A stretch of 64,000 bases of DNA. Origin: Macrostomum lignano (Eukaryota). Shown piece after piece: positions 12,906-25,470 of the stretch; positions within the stretch are counted from its first letter, which is position 1; each line of letters starts with the position of its first letter. Both the position numbers and the translations under genes were made by a program. The notes below the pieces were generated by a model. The model ran no database searches. It was not told the origin of the DNA and saw only the letters and a program-made list of their open reading frames with translations. The DNA lies in NCBI GenBank assembly GCA_002269645.1, contig NIVC01002360.1, forward strand, positions 89,397 to 153,396, in the 5' to 3' direction.

Positions 12906-13789
12906 ATCTGATTCTATGACTCATCCGACTCTACGACTCAAAAAATTCTTAGACTCCTCCAACTCACTGATATCTGATCCGCATGTGACTCCCGCTACTG
13001 CGACTTTTTTAATCAACTACTTATAAAAGCGTTGGAAATGTCTCTATTGAAAACTGATGGTCAGCGAGGACCTCAAAATGAAATACTTTTTATTGAAATC
13101 CTAATCTACTCAAAATGCTGCTCTCTGTGCTTATACTCTACACAATCGCTTTTGTTGTTGGTCCATCAGCAAATTATAACCATTTTTGTTGTTTCGCCTC
13201 TAAATGAGATAATCGAGCGAGCGTAAAAAATTAACAGACTAACAAATCAACCCCGTGTACCATTTTAAATCGTTTTGGACCGAAATTCCTAAGTTAATGC
13301 ACCAATTTCCTGTAAAACTTATGCGGCAAAACTGAATTCCACCGCGTCTGTCAGAGAAATTCGAGTTCGGGTTTTCGCTTTTCTCGTTTTTTAGCCTCGT
13401 GACTTTGCGATGGAAATGGCTGCGCAGATTATAAATGCAAATCAAGACTCCATTGGGGATTTCCCCATTAAATTTTAACAAAACTCCCGGGCTAAGGTTA
13501 GGGTTAGGTTGAGTTTTGAAAGTTGCATGAAATCAATTCTGTGGCAGATGCAGCCATCTGGAATTCATCAGATAATTAAGTCAGCTCATTGCTAAACTAT
13601 TTAAAACCCAACTGTACAAGCAACTCTTTAATAATTATGTTAATATTATGATTATTATTTTAGTCTGAGCAAACCTGCAATGCAATCTTATATAGTACCA
13701 CAAGAACTTTATAAAGAGCTGTGTAGTCTTTTGCCAGCTTCAAAAGTGAGTGTCATTTCCAGGCTGCATAAAGTCCAGCGGATGAGCCA

Positions 13790-14050
13790 GGGTGCAGCCT
13801 GGTGGTTAGAGCGTCAGACTCACGACTTGACGGTCGGGGGTTCGATTCCCGATCCCATCGGAACAATTTGTGTCCTTGAGCAAGACACTTAACTCTGCAT
13901 TGCTTCAGTTCACCCAGCTGGGGTAACTGAGGGTGTGTGTGGCGACCCCCCAAGTCTTCAGATGCGCCGCGTAATGGTTGCGGCTGAGCTGTCGGTTGCA
14001 CATCTGCCCATTGGGGCAGGTGTAATTAATTATTATTATAATATTATTAT
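13790..14050 (+). mobile_element. tRNA-derived SINE with CORE-like central domain and AT-rich tail
   Basis: A-box-like TGGTGGTTAGAGC, B-box GGTTCGATTCC, central GTGTCCTTGAGCAAGACACTTAACTCTGCATTGCTTCAGTTCACCCAGCTG, TTA-rich tail; second copy near 59.4-59.8 kb. Confidence 0.8.
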
Positions 14051-14430
14051 AAATTGCGCTTTTGGATACTATAAATAAATTTTTAAATATTTTAAGCTAA
14101 TAGATGGTCTGTCTAAACCTGTATTTTTCCATGTGCGACTGCAAATTATACTTAATCTGTGAAATTATAACTAAGATACGCACCCTAAGATTAAAGCAAT
14201 CATTAGTGCCTTTCCAAGAAATGACTTGCAACGAGCGGCACGCCGAAAGAGATGAAGACAATGCGAGATAGAGGAAGCTGAATTGCAAAGGTCAGTGCTT
14301 GGCTTCAAAAAATTTATATGCGCCCACACGGAGGCGTATTGAGGCCTCAGTTCCTCTAATGAGTTGCCAGATGAGGTTGATGTCCACATGGGAGGGGGGC
14401 TTCACTTCAGTACCGCTCCGAGATGAAATT

Positions 14431-15544
14431 GGCTGTCATGTAGTCAGGCTGTCATGTAGTCAGGCTGTCATGTAGTCAGGCTGTCATGTAGTCAGGCTGT
14501 CATGTAGTCAGGCTGTCATGTAGTCAGGCTGTCATGTAGTCAGGCTGTCATGTAGTCAGGCTGTCATGTAGTCAGGCTGTCATGTAGTCAGGCTGTCATG
14601 TAGTCAGGCTGTCATGTAGTCAGGCTGTCATGTAGTCAGGCTGTCATGTAGTCAGGCTGTCATGTAGTCAGGCTGTCATGTAGTCAGGCTGTCATGTAGT
14701 CAGGCTGTCATGTAGTCAGGCTGTCATGTAGTCAGGCTGTCATGTAGTCAGGCTGTCATGTAGTCAGGCTGTCATGTAGTCAGGCTGTCATGTAGTCAGG
14801 CTGTCATGTAGTCAGGCTGTCATGTAGTCAGGCTGTCATGTAGTCAGGCTGTCATGTAGTCAGGCTGTCATGTAGTCAGGCTGTCATGTAGTCAGGCTGT
14901 CATGTAGTCAGGCTGTCATGTAGTCAGGCTGTCATGTAGTCAGGCTGTCATGTAGTCAGGCTGTCATGTAGTCAGGCTGTCATGTAGTCAGGCTGTCATG
15001 TAGTCAGGCTGTCATGTAGTCAGGCTGTCATGTAGTCAGGCTGTCATGTAGTCAGGCTGTCATGTAGTCAGGCTGTCATGTAGTCAGGCTGTCATGTAGT
15101 CAGGCTGTCATGTAGTCAGGCTGTCATGTAGTCAGGCTGTCATGTAGTCAGGCTGTCATGTAGTCAGGCTGTCATGTAGTCAGGCTGTCATGTAGTCAGG
15201 CTGTCATGTAGTCAGGCTGTCATGTAGTCAGGCTGTCATGTAGTCAGGCTGTCATGTAGTCAGGCTGTCATGTAGTCAGGCTGTCATGTAGTCAGGCTGT
15301 CATGTAGTCAGGCTGTCATGTAGTCAGGCTGTCATGTAGTCAGGCTGTCATGTAGTCAGGCTGTCATGTAGTCAGGCTGTCATGTAGTCAGGCTGTCATG
15401 TAGTCAGGCTGTCATGTAGTCAGGCTGTCATGTAGTCAGGCTGTCATGTAGTCAGGCTGTCATGTAGTCAGGCTGTCATGTAGTCAGGCTGTCATGTAGT
15501 CAGGCTGTCATGTAGTCAGGCTGTCATGTAGTCAGGCTGTCATG
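14431..15544. repeat. 16-bp satellite (TAGTCAGGCTGTCATG)n, ~70 copies with no variant seen
   Basis: 1114 bp of apparently identical units. Confidence 0.97.
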
Positions 15545-17969
15545 AACTGAGCTAAAATCTGTGCAAAAGCATACGGCACAGTTTCTATTATCAGCTGGAG
15601 ATTTTGATGGCGGCTAAGTCGGTCCCGGATGCGTAAGCTCGGGACCCGGCAGAAATCGCGACTTTCCAGAAATAGCCGGCTTAAGATAACGGCGGTAAAC
15701 ATTTCGGGCCAGTTGCCAAACAGCCTTGTTGACAGATCTGCAGAAGCGAATTCGCCCCCTCAGCAACCTTCATCCGGCAGCTGATTGCCGGAGCGAGGCG
15801 GGGGCGCCCTGAAAATTGGCCATCAGCCATCAGCCAAAATGCTTTAAAATGTCATCGGCGAGACAAGAATATCAGCGGCCCTGCCGTCCCCTGCATAGTC
15901 AACCTGATTGCGATCTTCTCAAAAATCAAAACGCCTCATTTTTGCTCTCTCGCCTGTCTGTCTGGTTGTATGCCTCGAAAACTTTGCCAATGTTGCTTTT
16001 TTGAGGCTTTCCAGCACCCAGTGAGAGCTCAGCTCGGGCTCGCATGTGCGAGCCCTTCGGAATTTGCCCGCAGGGGCATCCCAAGTTGAGCAGGAACACA
16101 TCCCGCTCTCTTCCTTAGCTCTCTGTCTGTTAGCTATTATTTCTCATCCTGCCGCAGGACATTCTTGGGAAAGCTTCTCTTCAAAAAAGGGTAAAACTTG
16201 AAGCTAGGAGCAGAAAATAGGTGTGGAATTTCCCGATCGCTTGCCAAACAATAACAGCCTGTCGCGTGATTTGAGAGCAAAAATAAACTAAGGTGGGACT
16301 CAAGGCGGTGGCTAGAGGTGCACCTTCAGGAAATGGAAACTCATTTCCCGTATAGTGCCTCTGGTCGCTTTGCTCAACCGGTTAAAAAAATAATTGCACT
16401 CTGAGTCATGGAGACGCTCAACAGTGCTCAGAGGGTGTGTGGGAACCTTTTAAACTGGGTGTCGAATGCTGAAGTTCTTCCCCACGGTTTTTGAGCGTCT
16501 GTCTGCAATAAATTGTTTCTTTCTAAAACAATGCTCAAAATTCAGCTTTGCCTGCTCGAGCAGAAAAGCCTAATTGTTCAATCGTTACAGATTTACAGAT
16601 CTTAGACATTTAGTATGTGTGGACTTAATCTGAATGCACTCAAAAATGCAGATCAGATCAGATACTAGTGGTCCTCTGTGGGCTCAGGGTTGTCAGAAAA
16701 GTTCTGTGTATATTGTAATAACTTGAGAACGATAAACAGTAGAAACATGAAAAGTTACAAATGTCTTCCTTAACATCTATTCACTCAAAGTATGAGCCCT
16801 CAGCTTCAATACACTTCTCCCAACGCCGCACCAGCCCGTCAATGCCTGTAGTCATGCCATTGTTCGTCACGGCGGCAATGCCAGCCTTGTAGGCCTGATT
16901 CACGTCTTCCTCTGTGCTGAAACGCTGGCCTCGCATCGACTCCTTGATGCGAGGGAAGAGGAAAAAGTCGCATGGACTTAAGTCCGGGGAATAAGGCGGA
17001 TGCGGAAGAATTTCCCACCCCCACGACTCGATCGTAGCCAGCACGCTTTGCTTTCGGTGCGGGGCTGCGTTGTCGTGAAGCAGAATCGGGCCAGCCGCGT
17101 GAAGTGCAGGCCTTTTGTCCCGAATGGCACGCCGAACTTTCACCAGAACCGACAGGTAGAAATCACCATTGACCGTCTGCCCCACTGGCACAGGCTGATT
17201 GAACAACAGACCCTCCCGGTCGAAGAAAGTCACGTGCATGACCTTCAGCTGGCCGATGCTCCGGATGGCCTTTTGAGGTCGCGGAGAACCTGGCCTGCAC
17301 CATTTGGCTCTCTGCCGCTTCAACTCCGCCTCCCAAGAATGCGACAAGGTTTCGTCGCAGGCAACGATCCTCTGCAAGAACGCCGTGCCCTCCCACCGAC
17401 ACCGCTGCAGGTTGGATGCGCACATGGCGACCCGCCGAGCCTGCTGATCGTCAGTGAGCAGATGCGGCACCCACTTGGCACAGACCTTGCGCATCCCAAG
17501 GTCCTCGGTCAGGATCTTGTGGACTGAGTCGTGGGACACCCCTATGGCATCAGCCAGCTGCCTGGTGGTCAGTCTCCGGTCCTGCAGCACGGCTGCCTCC
17601 ACCTGACTCACCAGGCTGTCAGTCCGAGCACTCGTTGGTCGTCCACTGCGTGGCTTGTCGTCGAGGTCTTCTTTACCGTTGCGAATGGCAATAGCCCAGC
17701 GGCGAATCGTAAGATGGGCAAAAGTCTCCTATGGTCTGCCGCATTTCTTCAAAAATCTCGGTTGCTGAACGCCCCTGAAGGACATGAAACTCAATATGAT
17801 CGCTCGATTGTCGCGTTTAGAAAAAGTCTCTCGCGGGACGGAATGCGCCATGGGTGTGGTTGAAAAATTACTGCTATTTTGGCTAGAAATGATATGGTGC
17901 TCTAAAACTGAAGCTAGCGACTCTTTATATATGTATATATCTATGGCTAAAACCCCAACTCTTCAGCTA

Positions 17970-20900
17970 CACTCTTCCCCTGAAGTAGGATATTGGTCCA
18001 TGAAATATACCAAGAAAGCGGTTTGTTTCCCATGGATCAGTGTCCTTATAGTAGCCTAAAACAATGTTCACTGAAATCATATCGCATTGTCTGTACACCG
18101 TACAGGTATATTAATTAGTCCAGTACTAGCTGGCTGTTATAGTTAGTATTTACTTCACACTAGGGCCTCTGAATTGAATATTTATAGTAAAATTCAGACA
18201 TGGATATGCAGTTAAATACTTCAATAGATTCAATCCATTCGCACCTGCATATATCAACATTTGCACCTGTGTAATAACTACCTTTATATGCACCTTGACA
18301 CCTTTAATTTTTTTACCGTAAGTACTGCGAAAAAATCCATATAATAGATGAGCAAGGGGTAAAAACTATATATTCTACAGCTGTCACTTCAAAAAGCTAA
18401 AAGCACAACAGACTTTGTTTGTCAATCAAGATTTTCAAGCCTTGTCAGTGGTAGGCTTATGAGAAGGGACATTTTAAATCGATCTCTTCCATAGACATTT
18501 GATTTTGTTTCACAAGTTTTTGTTGGTATGTACACTGGTGTTGAGGGTTTGGCCATAGACAAAAGTCTTGAGGAGATGAGCTGACTGTCAGTGTGAAATT
18601 TATGCCTTTATATTTTTTGGCTTTCATTGCTTCTCAAAATGCCTAACAGTAGGCGAACACACGAAGAAAGTCGAAACAGTGTGTGCATTTTATGCTTTCG
18701 CAAGGGTGACCGACAATTGACTGTAAGTCTGGAAGCCTTAATCGAGTGCTATGTCCTGCCTGGATTTGCTCAACACCGAGAATTTCTGCCGTCAGGTATC
18801 TGCAACTCCTGCCGGATCAAGTTGTCATCGCAGAACAGTGCAGCACCAGCACCTCTTCCGCCTCGCTTGCCATACGAAAAAGTAATAGATGATCTGCACT
18901 ACCTTCCACCACTCACTCGTGAACGTCCTGAGTGCAGCTGCTGGATCTGCAATGTCGCCTCCAGCAGGGCTAACAAGAACGTGAATGTAGCGCACCCCTA
19001 CATGTCAGAGGAGTTCAATTCAGGGGTAGCAACTCCACTTGGCCGTCCTCTGAACTGTGCACCTGGATCCGTGAAAGACAGCGTCAAACATTGCGGCACA
19101 TGCTCGTCACCAGTGGCGCGGGGAGTGCGACATGAATGCGGACAAGCCGCGAAGCTGCGCTACCTCAGCACCTTGAGTCCAAGTTCAATGGAGCATGTAG
19201 CCTGCAGTTTTCTCCGCGAAAAACTAAACGCAGCAGACGTGTCTTCTTCCGGAGATGCTGCAACAGCTAGTCTGTCTTCTGGTTTCGGTGGGCATCCAAT
19301 CCAAGTCCAAGCTGTTGACACATCAACCAGCCATGTCCCACAAATGTTGCACAGCACAATGAGGGCCATGAAAACTGCCTTGAACCTAAGCACCAACCAG
19401 ACCATTCAAGCTGCGCAAGTGATAAGAGAGGCGTCTGGCAACAGAAAAGCAATTCAACCTGGATTGAAGGAGTTCCTGTTTTCTGAAGGCCAGAGTGTCG
19501 CTCATTTCTTTGCTGTGGAGCAGCTCCAGTTCATCTGCAAGCAACCATCTGGGCAAGTAATTTCAATTGATCGTTCAGCTGTGTTCTGTTGCAATGTGAG
19601 TGAGTTCTTGGCTTATGTTTGCAGTTTGAGAGGCATGGCTGAGATGGAACATCATCTCAAGCTTGGAATTGATGGTGGAGGGAATTCATTGAAGATTTGC
19701 ATCAGCGTTACTGATAGTGATGGGCTCCCGGCGCAAGCTTCAATGCCTGGGCCATCCAATAGATTTCTCAACTCGGGGTTAAAAAGCTTTTCGTCCTGGC
19801 CATTGTAGAGGATGTCAAAGAGTGTTACGAGAATGTCAAAACTCTATTATCCACCATGGACATCAGTTCCTTCCTATTCACTTTGGCCTGTGACTTCAAG
19901 CTAGCCAACATCATCTGTGGCATTCAAAGCCATGCTTCGACGCATCCTTGCCTTTACTGCGAGGGCAAGTCTCCATGGACCACTCCAGCACCAAGCAGAA
20001 CACTTGGCTCAGTGAGGCGGCTGGCAAACGAGTTTCAGTTGGCCGGCGGACATCAGCCTGCTGCCAAACACTTTGCCAACTGTGTTCAGTCTCCACTGCT
20101 GCCTGGACTGGATTCCACTGAACTGATTGAGTTGGTGCCACCACCTGAGCTGCACATTATGCTTGGCATTGTGAACCGTTTGCTGGATGAGCTCAACAAC
20201 CGATGGGGCAATGATATGGCCTACAAGTGGGCCCATGGAGCAGGGATCTGTCGTCAGCAGTATCATGGAGGTTGCTTGGAAGGTCCAGCATGCAAGAAGC
20301 TGCTTCTAAAGGCTGGCGAGCTATGGAACATTTTACCTGCGCACCTGAAAATGTTTGCCGTTGCACTTCAGGATTTCAATGCAATTCGGCTAGCCTGCTT
20401 TGGCCAAACTCTTGCCAATGACTTTGCTTTGCATATTGCTCGATTTCAGACGACATGCCAGTTCCTCCAGCTAAATGTGACACCCAAGATGCATGCACTA
20501 TTCCACCATGTGCCAACATTCTGTTCAAAGTCTGGCAAGGCATTGGGGAGCTTTAGTGAGCAGACAGTGGAGTCAGCTCACAGTGATTTCGAGGCCACCT
20601 GGCAAAGATATCGGCGCCCTTTCAATCATCCACAGTATGCCGCAAACCTTCTTCAGGCTGTTGTGAACTATAATTCGTTTCATATTTGAACTTCTAACGT
20701 TATGGTTTGATCAACTGGACATAAACTGACTGACCTTGCCTGATTTATTTGTTTCTTCAATAGTGAGTTGCTAGTCTGTTTTAGTTGTATTGTATGGTTC
20801 TTTGTATTGTATTGTCTTTTGTATGGTTCTATTTCTGGTTTCTATTTCTAAACAATGTTCTATTCAGCAACATCTTTCGTATACATTCAGAATACAAGCA

Positions 20901-21310
20901 ACTTTTTAGACTTACTTATTATATCACTTTCAATCACTGTGGATTTTTTCGCAGTACTTTCGGTAGAAAAAATTAAAGGTGTCAAGGTGCATATAAAGGT
21001 AGTTATTACACAGGTGCAAGTGTTGATATATGCAGGTGCAAATGGATTGAATCTATTGAAGTATTTAACTGCATATCCATGTCTGAATTTTACTATAAAT
21101 ATTCAATTCAGAGGCCCTAGTGTGAAGTAAATACTAACTATAACAGCCAGCTAGTACTGGACTAATTAATATACCTATACGGTGTACAGACAATGCGATA
21201 GGATTTCAGTGAACATTGTTTTAGGCTACTATAAGGACACTGATCCATGGGAAACAAACCGCTTTCTTGGTATATTTCATGGACCAATATCCTACTTCAG
21301 GGGAAGAGTG
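17970..21310 (+). mobile_element. Chapaev (CMC superfamily) DNA transposon with ~370-bp TIRs and 4-bp TSD
   Basis: TIRs 17970-18339 and 20940-21310 differ at only a handful of positions. Termini CAC...GTG; GCTA duplicated at 17966-17969 and 21311-21314. Confidence 0.88.
18639..20689 (+). CDS. Chapaev transposase (~683 aa) with a single frameshift near 19780
   Basis: N-terminal Chapa-like Zn finger (HEESRNSVCILC..PSGICNSC..CSCWIC). Core KLGIDGGG, LACDFKLANIICGIQSHASTHPCLYCE, PPELHIMLG, TPKMHALFHHV, FSEQTVESAH. One extra G in the GGGG run at ~19775 joins ORFs 18627-19808 and 19856-20689. Confidence 0.85.
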
Positions 21311-21587
21311 GCTATTCATAGAGCTGAGCTATTCTCTAATACACATAACTTTTCTGACGACCCTAGTATTAGTAGGTTTATTGATCAGACTGATAGATTA
21401 TTTCAGTTTTATTTTCCTGAAAAGGAAGACTTCGTGCCGACTGTCCTAAAAATTTCTTAAACTTTTTATAATTCTTTTTTTAAAACCGGGTGCCTGGTTA
21501 GTTAATAATTAATCCAGCACACGGGCTGGGGGCCTGATCCTTACTGTATAAAGCAAAAAGCTTTGCGCACCAACCGGAGGTACCAAG

Positions 21588-24184
21588 ATGCTACATCAGT
21601 CCCGCGAACGTGCCTGCAGAGGCTGGCAGATCAATTATTTAAGCCCGATGACGCGCTCGCTCCGCTTCCTGCACTACTCGGCCAGCCGCATCAAGCCTGG
21701 CTGCTGCGCGTCCTTCTCTGCTCTGCTGCTGCTTCTGCTGGCGTTGCTTTTTCTGTTTCTTGTAAGTACTTTGACGTCTTTAAAGTTCCTAGACCCTGAG
21801 GCTAGGCTTGCCTGTGTCACGATTCCCTCAGGATGAGTTGGGCAGAGTGGCTTTGGGGGTAAACGCGTCTTGACTCTCGTGCCGCGAACTCTGGTTCGGT
21901 TGTGTACGAAAATTGACCGCGGGCTGACGATTAGAAAGTCAGAAGGACGTCGAACACCCTGTGAGAGCGTGTGAGTGAGTGAGCGCCTGTGTACAGTATT
22001 CACGCGCTTGCGTGTGCTCACTGGAGTCAGCGCTGGTTGTGGGATGATGTTGATGAAGGCGTTGCGCCTTGGTGCCCACAGCCCATTTGCGAATAATTTT
22101 TCCTTCAACATTTTCCCCTGACTCTATTTATCAACCCACAAGAGACCGGCCGGTTTCTGCAAGCAGCAGCGGCTGCAGCCACCCGCACCCATCACGGATG
22201 GTGGCCGCATTCCCAAGCTGCTGCACTATGTATTCAGGAGCGCCGAAGTTTTCTCAAACTATTCGCCGCTGATCAGCTCATGCCTGCACTTCAATCCCGG
22301 CTGGACTGTCTACCTGTGGCGGGATTCCGACGTCAGACAGCTGATCCGCTTGCACTATCCGGACATGACTAAGCTGTTCGAGGCCTACTCTACCGACCTG
22401 ATGCGGTCTGACGCTGCCAGATACCTGATCTTGCATCATCTGGGAGGTAGTCGCGCGTGCTTCGTTTGTGTAAATTTCCTTAGAACCGTGATGACGCATC
22501 AAGCGCAATGATTCTTACCGTGCGATTGGCGTCATCTCAAAGTCAATTAGCTATTATCCAAACATCACGAGCAGCATGCTCCATTTAACAATATAAATGT
22601 AAAACAGAGTCAAAAAGCGTTTAATACACAACAGGGGTCTCCTGAGGCCAAGGGGCGTCGCTGTTTCGTTAGGGCCCACAGCAATCCGTCTGGTGCTCGG
22701 TTTCCCGGGCAACGAGCTGGCCGACTCTCTGGTCGAAGCTCCAGCTGTCTGTCGGGTCCTGACCCTCTCTGGTTCCGATCCCCAGCACGATCACTAACCG
22801 TCAGATTGAATGGACTGGGGCTGACACTCACAATAAAAGGTCTTAACTGCCGCCAATTCCGAGTGGCAGTCTCGTATATCCCCAAGACAGCTCCGAAAGT
22901 CTACGCAGATCAGCAAAGACACCCAGGACATCACCAGGACCCTCACAGGCCACAGGAACTCTGCCCCCTTCAGTGGCCTTGACAATGGAGATATCCAGAA
23001 TTTCGTCTGCCAATGCCTCCACCAACAACAACCCGACGAGCCTCTTTCTTCCTTAGCGAATAACACGCTGCAGAAGGCCCTCCGCACCTCCATGGCTGAC
23101 TCCGAGCCGCGCCGCAAACCTGACCTCCTTGTGGCGACGCCCCTTTTTGAGGATTCGCAAACGAAGTAGCAGAATTCTCCACCCTCAGGAGTGTACATCG
23201 ACTTGGACATCGAGTGTGTGCAGCCGTTCTACCCAACCCTGGCCAACTACACTGCCTTTCTGGACCGGGAACGCACCGACCAGACAGCCGTGATCTGGCA
23301 GACCCGGCTGGCGGCGATGAACAGCGCCATGGGCTCGGTGCCTGGGCATCCGTTCTTCGCTTTCGTGGCGCGGCGGATGCAAGCTGGTGCCGATGAAGGC
23401 GACCAGTTGGCTGGCGGTGGTGGCGGTGGAAAGCCGAAAGCGACCAGTGCATATGTGGCCACGGGGCCGGGGATGCTCACCGAAGCCTACAGAGAGTGGC
23501 AGCTGCGACGCCAGCCGCAGCCCGGGATGAACAGCAATGAAAACGTGGTTCTGCTTGGCTGGGATTTCTTCTCTGGTTTTGTTGAGTCACGAGCTGATCT
23601 GGGGAGGATCTGCAGGGCCCGGTTCGGAGGTGAGCTTTTGTCTGAAATTTTTTTCAAAGCATATCTAACCCAACTGACTAAACTCCCTTCCTAACTACCT
23701 TATCTACGTAAGCACCTAACCTACTTGTCTAGCTACCTTAGTAAAAACCTGTCAGAATGCACGGAAATACATATCTTGTATTTTATCTAAAAATTTAACA
23801 ATTGACCGATTTATCAAACTTTAATAAAAAACGTGACCTTTTCTATAAATTAGAACTTTTGATTCACTTGAGTCGCTATATATACTTTTGTTATTACTGT
23901 AACGCTACATGTACTTTGCAAACCTTTGCCAAACAATTTAAAAGCGTAAAATTTAAAGGTAACTGCTGACAAATCAATGAAGTGATTGATACTTTTGACA
24001 TGATTTTTTTGTATTTTTTGTAGGTATCGTGAATGGCAGAAGGCGAAAGCGACCGCAGGGCAGGCGATCCATGTCGTTCAGAATCTGCCGCAGAATTCTT
24101 CGCACACAGTCCTGGAAGCGTGAAGAGTCAACAACCAACACTATCGCATTTCACCGGTTTATGCACCTGGGCAAGGACTTCTAG
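21588..24184 (+). CDS. GT32-family (DXD; OCH1/SUR1-like) glycosyltransferase; exons 21588-21761, 22143-22446, 23189-23629, 24024-24184
   Basis: Type II signal anchor (LLLLLLALLFLFL), RIPKLLHYVF, RSDAARYLILHHLG|GVYIDLD, NSAMGSVPGHPFF, ATGPGMLT. All three introns are GT-AG and phase-compatible. Confidence 0.88.
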
Positions 24185-25142
24185 ACTAGAAGTCCTTGCA
24201 CCTGGGATACCCGGAGAATCAGTCCAAAATATGGGGCGTTTTTAATGTCACCATGCGCTTTCCAAGAATTTCGTTTTACTATCATTAGGACCATTTGATT
24301 AGGGACAGTTTACTGTTTCTGTGCACAAAAATTCAATTTAGAGATTTTATCTAATGCTAAAGACGCCAAAGCGTACAATATACTGCAAACAAACAATCAA
24401 ATGCTTGTTGCAACTTAGTTAAAATGCTCCTTCGATGCTTGTAGTCGTTTTAATTAGTACTTAGACTTTTTACACAGGTAAGCTTTTATTTTCGATATTC
24501 TGCTTGCCTGCCTACCCATCTGTCTATCGTCCTTATTAAGTGCATATTGTCCGCTCAACTCTCGGACTTGGTCCAACTCTCGAGCTTTTCCCTCATAATA
24601 ACGATAATTTATTGAAATTAAACATTTGTTATTAAATTTTAAATTTCGCTACAATAGAGCCTGTAGTGAGAACTTAACAACACTGCTTTAGAGCAAAAGC
24701 TTAATATGACAAGATCTAACCAAGGTAAAAGGAAAAAAAGAAAGAATTTGTTAAACCTGCTGCTTAATTTTTACTCATGAATTCTTCGAAACGCAGTTGT
24801 CATAATTTTTTCCAAAAAGTATACGTTTTGTAAACGTATTAATTATTGTTGTTTACTGTTTCTGATAAAGTAAAAATTATTAAAGATACTTAGTTTAAAA
24901 AAAGATATTTACTTTCGATTTTTTCATTAGCTTTAACACCAAAAAAACGAAAAAAGGCATAGTGTAGACATGTAGTGCAAGCAAAACCAAGAATGGACTC
25001 AATGGAGCCTATATATTCACTTTTGTTATAGTGGTCATTTAAATAGGGAAATTGTTTATAACGTGTGCGACTTTTTACCGTACGGTTTTTCCCGCCATAA
25101 AAACCGCATTGTAATGTACAATACATAACAACGCGGTTTTCA

Positions 25143-25470
25143 ATGCGGGATTCGATGCGGGATTTCCCGACATTAATTTAATTTGATTTGTTAAGCCCAA
25201 TCGATGCGGTAATTGATGCGGGATTCGATGCGGGATTTCCCGACATTAATTTAATTTGATTTGTTAAGCCCCATCGATGCGGTAATTGATGCGGGATTCG
25301 ATGCGGGATTTCCCGACATTAATTTAATTTGATTTGTTAAGCCCCATCGATGCGGTAATTGATGCGGGATTCGATGCGGGATTTCCCGACATTAATTTAA
25401 TTTGAATTATTAAGCCCCATCGATGCGGTAATTGATGCGGGATTCGATGCGGGATTTCCCGACATTTAAT
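25143..25470 (+). repeat. 73-bp tandem array (~4.5 copies), left member of an inverted pair
   Basis: Units start at 25201, 25274, 25347 and 25420; reverse-complement array at 35820-36060. Confidence 0.95.

Larger units (their letters stand above)
16686..21366 (-). mobile_element. Mariner (DD34D) element, ~1.3 kb once the nested Chapaev is removed; transposase 16781-17851 with two N-terminal frameshifts
   Basis: WVPHLL, IVACDET, LLHDNAAPH and YSPDLSPCDFFLF motifs. TIR AGGGTTGTCAGAAAAGTTCTGTGTAT (16686-16711) matches the reverse complement of 21340-21364; TA at 21367-21368. Confidence 0.92.

Noticed and set aside
13495-13512. Telomere-like GGTTAGGGTTAGG (and CCTAAT x3 at ~5416)
   Set aside because: Only two to three units; common inside non-autonomous elements; no evidence of a healed chromosome end.
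13790-13860. tRNA-like sequence
   Set aside because: Has A/B boxes but no closed acceptor stem, and runs into a SINE body; called as a SINE head.
21588-24184. Horizontal-transfer origin of the GT32 gene
   Set aside because: The gene has ordinary spliceosomal introns and GT32 members exist in animals; nothing in the sequence supports HGT without a phylogeny.
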